Source of the DNA: Candidatus Pyrohabitans jungbluthii
Lineage (GTDB): Archaea; Hydrothermarchaeota; Hydrothermarchaeia; Hydrothermarchaeales; BMS3B
NCBI GenBank assembly: GCA_002010065.2
Contig: MTMD02000014.1
Span: 127,167-191,166, forward strand
DNA: 64,000 nt
Direction of reading: 5' to 3'
Part shown: positions 57,109-64,000 of the stretch, piece after piece
How positions within the stretch are numbered: position 1 is the first letter of the stretch
Layout of the letters: every line of letters begins with the position of its first letter
The notes under the pieces: generated by a model
Database searches by the model: none
What the model was told of the DNA's origin: nothing
Seen by the model: only the letters and a program-made list of their open reading frames with translations
Position numbers and translations under genes: made by a program

Positions 57109-58092
57109 ATGACAACAGCTGAACTCAATGAGGAGGCAAAGGCGAAGGCAAAGCTTCTTGGCTATGTGCTCAGAGAGGTGCACAAAGTAATCGTTGGGCA
57201 GGAGCGCGTGCTCAGGCGCCTCCTGCTGAGCCTTCTCAGCGATGGCCATGTGCTGCTCGAAGGTCTACCCGGCCTGGCCAAGACGCTTATGATTCGCACC
57301 CTGGCGAAGACGCTGCGCTGCGACTTCGCACGCGTGCAGTTCACCCCAGACCTGCTGCCGGCTGATTTAATAGGCACAAAGATATACAACCAGGCGACGG
57401 CGGAGTTTGAAACAAAGCTTGGCCCTATTTTCACAAACATCCTGCTCGCTGACGAGATAAACCGCGCGCCTCCCAAGGTGCAGAGCGCTTTGCTTGAGGC
57501 GATGCAGGAGAGGAGTGTGACAATAGGTGGGGAAAGCTACTCGCTGCCTAAACCTTTCCTTGTGCTAGCCACGCAGAATCCAATAGAGCAGGAGGGAACC
57601 TACCCCCTGCCGGAAGCGCAGGTGGACCGCTTCATGTTCAAGGTGCACGTGGGCTACCCCAGCGAGGAGGAGGAGCTGGAGATAATTGACAGGCACACCT
57701 CTGGTGGGGATATAGAGGTGGAGGCCATACTCTCGCCTGAGGATATACTCCAGCTTCAGAGCTATGTTCGCAAAGTCTACATCGCCGAGGAGATAAAGGA
57801 GTACATAGTGAGGATAGCCTTCGCCACGCGCAACCCCTCGCGTTTTGGCTTAGATGAGCTATCGCCGTACATCCAGTACGGTGCATCTCCCCGGGCTTCG
57901 ATATTCCTCGCCCTGGCAGCGAAAGCCAATGCTCTGCTCGAAGGCAGGAGCTACGTCATACCCGACGACATCAAAGCAATCGCGGAGGACGTGCTGAACC
58001 ATAGACTTATCCTTACCTATGAGGCTGAAGCGGAAGAGGTTTCGCCGGGTGAGATTATAGAAAAAATCCTGAGCGCCGTAGAGGTACCCTGA
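57109..58092 (+). CDS. moxR: MoxR family AAA+ ATPase
   Basis: [40 protein letters not shown]. Confidence 0.95.
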   Translation: MTTAELNEEAKAKAKLLGYVLREVHKVIVGQERVLRRLLLSLLSDGHVLLEGLPGLAKTLMIRTLAKTLRCDFARVQFTPDLLPADLIGTKIYNQATAEFETKLGPIFTNILLADEINRAPPKVQSALLEAMQERSVTIGGESYSLPKPFLVLATQNPIEQEGTYPLPEAQVDRFMFKVHVGYPSEEEELEIIDRHTSGGDIEVEAILSPEDILQLQSYVRKVYIAEEIKEYIVRIAFATRNPSRFGLDELSPYIQYGASPRASIFLALAAKANALLEGRSYVIPDDIKAIAEDVLNHRLILTYEAEAEEVSPGEIIEKILSAVEVP

Positions 58093-58093
58093 A

Positions 58094-58981
58094 GTGGAGC
58101 CGCGGGAAATTCTGAGAAGGGTAAGGGAGATAGAAATTAAGACGCGCAGGATAGTGGACACCTTCTTGGCGAGCAGGTATCGCAGCACCTTTCGCGGGCG
58201 AGGCATAGAATTCGCGGAGGTGAGAGAGTACCAGTACGGCGACGACGTGCGCTACATCGACTGGCGGGTCACAGCGAGGTTCGGGAAGCCGTACGTCAAG
58301 CAGTTCGTTGAGGAGCGCGATCTGCTTGTGGTGGTTGTCTTCGACGTCTCGGCCTCCTGCGAGTTTGGCACCAGCGCTGCTACTATGCGCGAGCGAGGCA
58401 TTGAGGTGGCAGCGACGCTTGCATACTCCGCATTCAAGCACGGCGATAGATTTGCGCTTCTGCTCGTCTCCGACAGGGTGGAGAGCTACCTGCCGCCGCG
58501 AAAGGGGAGAGGGCAGGTGTACCGCGTCGTGAGGGAGCTTATCTATGCTAATCCTCGCAGTCGAGCTACGAGGATTAGCGCTGGCTTGGAGTTCCTGCAC
58601 CGTGTGCTGAAGGAGCGCGCCATAATCTTTGTAATTTCGGACTTTTTCGACCCCTCGCTTGAAGAAGCCGCTAAGCATATGCGCCGCCTCTCTGCGAAGG
58701 GCTGTGACGTGGTTGCAGTTAAGCTTAGCGACGAGCGCAACTACATCCTGCCTGACGTTGGCCTGGTGGAGGTGCTCGACCCCGAGAGCGGCGAGCGCCT
58801 GGTGGTCAACACCTCTCGCAAAGAGATTCGGAAAGCGTACTTCCGTGAAGCTCTTGATGAGAGGCTCCGCCTGGAGGAGATGCTTCACAGCGCCGGGGTG
58901 GAGCTCGTTGAGATAGACTCTTCGCAGGATGTGCTAAAGCCCCTGCTCCGCTTCTTTGTGAAGCGCATAAGGAGGCGCTAG
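58094..58981 (+). CDS. DUF58 family protein
   Basis: EFAEVREY..GDDVRYIDW, DVSAS, ISDF. Confidence 0.93.
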   Translation: MEPREILRRVREIEIKTRRIVDTFLASRYRSTFRGRGIEFAEVREYQYGDDVRYIDWRVTARFGKPYVKQFVEERDLLVVVVFDVSASCEFGTSAATMRERGIEVAATLAYSAFKHGDRFALLLVSDRVESYLPPRKGRGQVYRVVRELIYANPRSRATRISAGLEFLHRVLKERAIIFVISDFFDPSLEEAAKHMRRLSAKGCDVVAVKLSDERNYILPDVGLVEVLDPESGERLVVNTSRKEIRKAYFREALDERLRLEEMLHSAGVELVEIDSSQDVLKPLLRFFVKRIRRR

Positions 58982-58982
58982 A

Positions 58983-59915
58983 ATGGAGTTCGCAGCTCAG
59001 GAGAGGCTTTTTCTGCTCGTGCTCATCCCCGCGTATGCTGCCTTTTACTACTTCTCGCTTAAGCGCAGGCGCAGGGTGGCGCTAAAATTTGCGAACTTTG
59101 AAACGCTGCGCAGGATAACCGCGCATGGCAAGCCAGTGTACGAGAACTACATACCTTTTGCCCTTCGACTTATTGCGCTTACGCTTTTAATCTTGGCGCT
59201 GGCAAAGCCTCAGAGTGTTATAAAGGTGGAGACCACCAGCAGCGATATTGTGCTTGCGATAGATGTCTCCGGGAGCATGAAGGCAACCGACTTCTCGCCT
59301 AATCGTCTCGAGGCTGCGAAGAGCGCTGCTCTTGTGTTTGCGTCTGAGCTGAAGAAAGGCGACCGCCTGGGCGTTGTGACTTTCTCGGGGGTTAGCTATG
59401 TCGTCGCGCCGCTGAGCGATGACCTTGGTGAGGTAAAGCAGCGCATTGCCAGTATAACCTTCGGGCGCGAAGACGGCACCGCTATTGGCGACGGGCTGAT
59501 CGCCGCGGCGAGTATGCTCGCGGGCAGCGAGGGCAGGAAGCGCGTTGTGGTGCTGCTCAGCGACGGCGAAAACAACCGCGGGGTTGCGCCTCGAGATGCC
59601 GCTATTTATGCCCAGCGCATGGGAATTAAGGTTTATACCGTGGGTATAGGTTCACCTGCTGGAGTTATACCAGGCACTCTCCAGCCTGTCGGTCTTGACG
59701 AGGAAACCCTAAAAGGAATAGCCCAGCTCACCGGCGGAGAGTACCATTTCGCCTCAAGCAGCGAGGCACTCCGCGACGTTTACCGCGAGATCGCTAGGAG
59801 CATAACCTTCGAGGAGCGTCGCAGCGACATCTCGGGCTATTTCCTGGCAGCGGCGCTTTTACTCTTCATTATTGAGTTTGGTTTAGCGGCGACGAAGTAT
59901 CGAACTTTGCCGTAG
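58983..59915 (+). CDS. BatA-like VWA domain membrane protein
   Basis: DVSGSM MIDAS, GTAIGDG, LSDGENN, LALAKP. Confidence 0.92.
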   Translation: MEFAAQERLFLLVLIPAYAAFYYFSLKRRRRVALKFANFETLRRITAHGKPVYENYIPFALRLIALTLLILALAKPQSVIKVETTSSDIVLAIDVSGSMKATDFSPNRLEAAKSAALVFASELKKGDRLGVVTFSGVSYVVAPLSDDLGEVKQRIASITFGREDGTAIGDGLIAAASMLAGSEGRKRVVVLLSDGENNRGVAPRDAAIYAQRMGIKVYTVGIGSPAGVIPGTLQPVGLDEETLKGIAQLTGGEYHFASSSEALRDVYREIARSITFEERRSDISGYFLAAALLLFIIEFGLAATKYRTLP

Positions 59916-59923
59916 GTGTGCCC

Positions 59924-60958
59924 ATGAGGATCGCTGTGGTCTATCTCACAAAGAATGGAGCAAGGCTTGCGGAGCGCCTCGTAAAAGCACTGCCGGAGCA
60001 CGAAGTCGAAGCCTTCGGGAAGAACGCCAGTTTTGGTACAGAGCTTTCCAAGCCGCTTTCACAGTTCTTCGCCGAAGCTTTGCGCAGCTTCGATGCAATT
60101 GTTTGTATAATGGCTCTGGGGATAGTGGTGCGCACCTTAGCAAAGCATCTCACCCACAAGCGCACAGACCCGGCGATAGTTTGCATCGACGAGCTTGGCA
60201 GGCACGTGATTAGTGTTGCCTCGGGGCACAGGGGCGCGAACAGCTTAGCCAAGCTCATCGCCTCCCGTATAGGAGCCACGCCTGTGATAACCACCTCCAC
60301 CGACGTTCAGGGCTTAGCGAGCGTTGAGGAGATAGCGGAGCGGTTTAATCTTGCGATAGACGAAGGCGACCTGAAGGCGGTTAACGCGGCGATAGCCAAT
60401 CATCGTCGCGTCGCTATTTTCACCGACCTGGCGATAGAGGTAGAGCCGTTTGAGAGTCATCCCATTGTGGAGCTTTCTCGCGAAGAATGCGACGCGTGCG
60501 TGGTTATTACCAATAAGCTCGTTCAGCTCCCGGCTAAGCCTTGTGTGCTTCTAAGACCAAAGAATATCATCCTGGGCATAGGGGCAAGGAAGGGCATTAA
60601 AAAGGAGAAGGTGCTCTCTGCAATATCTCGTGCCCTGCGCGAGGCTGAGCTGAGCATGGCCAGCATTAAGGCTCTTGCGACGATACCCCAGAAGGCAGAG
60701 GAGCCGGGAATAGCTCGCGCCGCAGCCTCGCTGGGCTTGCCCATTGTCTCTGTGCCCATTGATGAAGTTAAGCGGGTGGAGGAGCGCTTTCAGGGCAGTG
60801 AGTTTGTTAGGCGCAGCGTAGGCATAGCTGCTGTGGCAGAGCCCTGCGCCTACATAGCCTCGGGGAAGGGGAAGCTGCTCCTGAGCAAAAGAGCCTACGG
60901 CGGTGTTACAATCGCAATAGCGGAGGAGACGAGAGATGCTGAGCACAGGCATAGCTAA
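59924..60958 (+). CDS. cbiG: Cobalt-precorrin-5A hydrolase
   Basis: MALGIVVR, DPAIV, SGHRGAN, PVITTSTD, VAEPCA. Confidence 0.94.
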   Translation: MRIAVVYLTKNGARLAERLVKALPEHEVEAFGKNASFGTELSKPLSQFFAEALRSFDAIVCIMALGIVVRTLAKHLTHKRTDPAIVCIDELGRHVISVASGHRGANSLAKLIASRIGATPVITTSTDVQGLASVEEIAERFNLAIDEGDLKAVNAAIANHRRVAIFTDLAIEVEPFESHPIVELSREECDACVVITNKLVQLPAKPCVLLRPKNIILGIGARKGIKKEKVLSAISRALREAELSMASIKALATIPQKAEEPGIARAAASLGLPIVSVPIDEVKRVEERFQGSEFVRRSVGIAAVAEPCAYIASGKGKLLLSKRAYGGVTIAIAEETRDAEHRHS

Positions 60959-61730
60959 ACTCGACCGCATGCTGGGCGGAGGCTTTATCCCGGGCACAAG
61001 CGTGGTGGTGCTTGGAGCCACAGGTATAGGAAAGACCCACCTGGGCTTAGCCTTCGCCAACGCTGGCTTAAAGCAAGAAGGGAAAAGGGGCGCCATTTTG
61101 GATTTAACTCTACGCGGGGACTCGCAGCGCCACCGCGAGTATGCTCAGCGCCTTTTTAACTGGGAGCTGGAAACGCCAGCTGAGCTCGAATCCTTCACCT
61201 TGGGCGACGGACGACTGCTGAGGCTGCTCGCCAGCGAAGAAGCGCTGCCAGAGGGTGCGCTGAACCGGAGCCTTCCCAGGTTACTCCGCTTCCTGTATGG
61301 CAGCTTCGCTTCCGGGGTTAAGCGTCTGGTTGTGGACGGGATTGAGCCTCTGGGCACAGCGCCCCTGCAGGAGGAGGTGCTCGCCTACCTGCAGCGGATG
61401 GTGCGCAAGAGCTACGACTGGCTCGCCAGGGAGGCGCTGAGAGAGCGCTTCTTTGCAAGTCGCGAGCTAGTGGCTGAGCGAAGCTACGACGCCAGCGAGA
61501 TAACCATAGTGTATTTAGTAACCACGCAGGAGAGCCTTCTCAGCGAGTTGATGAAGCGGGGGCTGAGCAGCTCAGGCATGGAGGCGAACGCCACCACGGT
61601 GATCCTCATGGGGAGGGTTATGGATAGTAAAAGCGTCAGGCGCGCTCTCTACGTGGCAAAGCACCGTGGCGCTGAGTGCAGCGATGAGATAGCTGAGTTC
61701 AGGATCACAGACCGTGGGATAGAGATGTAG
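60936..61730 (+). CDS. KaiC/RecA-superfamily ATPase
   Basis: STGIAKLD, GATGIGKT, VVDG, KHRG. Confidence 0.82.
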   Translation: MLSTGIAKLDRMLGGGFIPGTSVVVLGATGIGKTHLGLAFANAGLKQEGKRGAILDLTLRGDSQRHREYAQRLFNWELETPAELESFTLGDGRLLRLLASEEALPEGALNRSLPRLLRFLYGSFASGVKRLVVDGIEPLGTAPLQEEVLAYLQRMVRKSYDWLAREALRERFFASRELVAERSYDASEITIVYLVTTQESLLSELMKRGLSSSGMEANATTVILMGRVMDSKSVRRALYVAKHRGAECSDEIAEFRITDRGIEM

Positions 61731-61735
61731 CTGAA

Positions 61736-61791
61736 GTCACCCTCACTTCGTTCGGGTAACTCCGTCACACCACAACTTCGTTGCGGGTAAC
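61736..61791. repeat. REP-like tandem imperfect repeat (same family as 19386-19436)
   Basis: GTCACCCTCACTTCGTTCGGGTAAC-TCC-GTCACACCACAACTTCGTTGCGGGTAAC. Confidence 0.6.
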
Positions 61792-61927
61792 CCTGCTCAG
61801 AGTCTGGCTTTTCGTCATATAGGGGCGCCTTTTCCCCGTAGAATACCCACTATCCGGTGAGGATGGGGTGATAGGGGCGGGTGCGGCGCCCCTATATCAG
61901 CTGGCTCTTAAGCTCATCATCGCAGGT
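61792..61927 (-). ncRNA. C/D-box guide sRNA with a long hairpin between D' and C'
   Basis: Minus strand: CCTGC stem, C box ATGATGA (61920-14), 13-nt guide, D' CTGA (61900-897), 12-bp closed hairpin, C' ATGACGA (61818-12), 11-nt guide, D CTGA (61800-797), GCAGG stem. Confidence 0.8.
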
Positions 61928-62148
61928 AATATTAATGGGAAGGTTAACGAATTCGGGATTTACCTAACATAGCATATAGAGGAATCTCACAGGGTTATTG
62001 TACTTGAAATTAAATGCATTTTAATTAAAAAACATTCGAATAATTTCAATATTTTTTAATTGATTTCAAAAACCTCTAAAAATGTGAAATTATTTAAGAA
62101 TATATAAAAATTCGTGAAATTAAAACATGCAAAATGTAGGAGTTATAT

Positions 62149-64000
62149 ATGACTGAGCGTAGTCATATATGGAAAGAATTGAAACAGGGTAATGAGATTT
62201 ACCGAGTTTTTGAGGAGATTTTAGATACTCTTCCATTCTATGTCATGCTTATTGATGAGGACCATCACATCTTATTAGCCAACAAAGTGGTTAAACAGGA
62301 GCTGAATGTGAATCCGGAGCAGATCATAGGCGGATATTGCCCAAAGGTGATTCATGGAATGGATGAGCCATATCCTGACTGTCCGCTGGAAGATGCCAGA
62401 AAGATAGGTTGTGCCGTGGAAAGGGAGTTATTCATATCTGAATACGGGAAGTGGTTGAAATTAGCGGTTTATCCCACCCGATATCGAACTCAAGATGGTA
62501 AAACAATCTTCATCCACTTTGCCCATGATATAACAGAGCGCAAGAAAGCGGAGGAAGCGTTGATTGAGAGTGAGACTCGCTTCCGAACGATGGCTGAGGG
62601 TTCATTAACTGGGGTGTACATCGTCCAAGATGGCAAATTTCGGTATGTCAACCCTGCGCTGGCACAAATTTTCGGATATAAACGCGATGAACTTATAGAT
62701 AAACTGGGGCCCATAGACTTAACCCATCCCGATGACCGCGCTTTTGTTGCAGAGAATATTCGACGGCGCATTGATGGTGAGGTAGAGTCGGCGCACTACA
62801 CCTTCCGTGGACTGCGCAGAGATGGCAAAACCATTTACTGTGAGGTCCTTGGTAGGCGTATCGAATACCAAGGGCGCCCTGCAGTTATTGGTACCTTGAT
62901 AGACATTACAGAACGCAAGCGTACTGAGCAGGAGCTTCAGCGGAACTACGATATTCAGACAGTGATAAACGCGCTATTGCACCTTTCATTAGAGGAATTA
63001 CCTCTCGAAGAGCTCTTAAGACGAGCAATTGACATTATTCTCTCAGTTCCCTGGCTTGCGTTTGAATCAAAGGGTGCCATATTCCTTGTTGAAGATGAGG
63101 CCAATGTTTTGGTGATGAAAGCCCAAAAGGGACTTTCAGAACCGCTAAAAGAGGGATGTGGTCGGGTTCCATTTGGCAAATGCCTTTGTGGGCGCGCAGC
63201 ATTGATGAAGGAGATACAGTTTGCAGATTGTCTCGACGATCGTCATGAAGTCAGATATGAAGGGATTACTCCCCACGGGCATTACTGCGTCCCCATCCTA
63301 TTCGGTGGCAGGGTACTTGGAGTTATAAATATCTATATAAGGGAAGGCCACCGTCGGGATCAATTAGAGGAAGAGTTTTTAACTGCAATTGCCAATACGC
63401 TGGCAGGGGTTATACAGCGCAAGAAAGCTGAAGAGAAGTTGAAGAGTTCGATTGAAGAACTCAGGGTGGTTCTTGAGATAGACAGGAACATAATTAAGAA
63501 GCATGAACTATCGTCCTTACTCAAGTTCATACTGAACAAGGCGAAGGAGCTTACCGCTGCGGATGTGGCTTTCTATGGTTTTGTAGAAGGCGATGTAATT
63601 CGTCACCATACATTTTTGGGCATACGCACCAACGCGATCAAAAACTTAGAGCTGAAGAAGGGCACAGGTCTTGGCTGGCTTGTGCTCAACGAGGGGAAAC
63701 CAGTTGTCGTGGAAGATTTCTTCGCTGACAAGCGCCTCATAGACGCGCCTTATGAGGCTGTGAAGAAAGAAGGTTTGATTTCCTTCTTAGCGGTCCCATT
63801 CATGTCTGGTAAGGGCGAACCACTGGGCGTGTTGTATGTGGCGAACCGCAGAAGGACAAAATTCACAGAGGAGCAGATAAGGGCGTTGCGCACCCTCGCT
63901 TCACAGACTTCCGTTGCCGTTGAGCATGCTAGGTTATTTGAGGAGCTTAAAAATGCACACGAAAAACTTCAGCGGGCGTATGAGGAGCTACAGGAAGCGT
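62149..64000 (+). CDS. PAS-PAS-GAF-GAF sensor protein (probably a histidine kinase), runs off window
   Basis: Not in ORF track because there is no stop. Open frame from ATG 62149: HDITERKKAEE, THPDD, IDITERK, GKCLCG GAF, GTGLG GAF, EHARLFEE. Confidence 0.88.
   Translation, partial: MTERSHIWKELKQGNEIYRVFEEILDTLPFYVMLIDEDHHILLANKVVKQELNVNPEQIIGGYCPKVIHGMDEPYPDCPLEDARKIGCAVERELFISEYGKWLKLAVYPTRYRTQDGKTIFIHFAHDITERKKAEEALIESETRFRTMAEGSLTGVYIVQDGKFRYVNPALAQIFGYKRDELIDKLGPIDLTHPDDRAFVAENIRRRIDGEVESAHYTFRGLRRDGKTIYCEVLGRRIEYQGRPAVIGTLIDITERKRTEQELQRNYDIQTVINALLHLSLEELPLEELLRRAIDIILSVPWLAFESKGAIFLVEDEANVLVMKAQKGLSEPLKEGCGRVPFGKCLCGRAALMKEIQFADCLDDRHEVRYEGITPHGHYCVPILFGGRVLGVINIYIREGHRRDQLEEEFLTAIANTLAGVIQRKKAEEKLKSSIEELRVVLEIDRNIIKKHELSSLLKFILNKAKELTAADVAFYGFVEGDVIRHHTFLGIRTNAIKNLELKKGTGLGWLVLNEGKPVVVEDFFADKRLIDAPYEAVKKEGLISFLAVPFMSGKGEPLGVLYVANRRRTKFTEEQIRALRTLASQTSVAVEHARLFEELKNAHEKLQRAYEELQEA

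Noticed and set aside
61817-61897. 13-bp inverted repeat as a MITE or 5S rRNA
   Set aside because: No 5S motifs or TSD; it sits exactly between the D' and C' boxes of a C/D sRNA.

Overview
Chromosomal window from a thermophilic, GC-rich archaeon. It looks euryarchaeal (Methanobacteria/Hydrothermarchaeota-like); this is my reading of the rRNA and proteins, not a database result. It holds about 70 genes. Housekeeping genes include archaeal mat, dacZ, rfcL, gyrB (no adjacent gyrA), purB, cgi121 and asd. Anaerobic cobalamin genes are scattered (cbiH-J, cbiD-E-T, cbiG). There are also two KaiC-like ATPases, a phosphate transport operon, a DtxR-DUF2325-FTR1 iron module with clear operator palindromes, two-component genes, and a complete 16S-tRNA-Ala-23S operon with bulge-helix-bulge processing stems and no linked 5S. 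The most notable unannotated signals are four. (1) An AT-rich ABC-ATPase + TOPRIM (PARIS/OLD-like) two-gene cassette with no transposase, bounded by a target-site duplication and terminal inverted repeats at the 3' end of cbiT. (2) A minus-strand C/D-box guide sRNA with an unusual ~80-nt hairpin between D' and C' and guides resembling tRNA-Lys anticodon arms. (3) A three-way-junction ES39-like expansion segment in the 23S rRNA. (4) An operon of two paralogous membrane-anchored coiled-coil proteins plus a HEPN-like protein lacking its catalytic motif. A REP-like intergenic repeat family is also present. No CRISPR array was seen.
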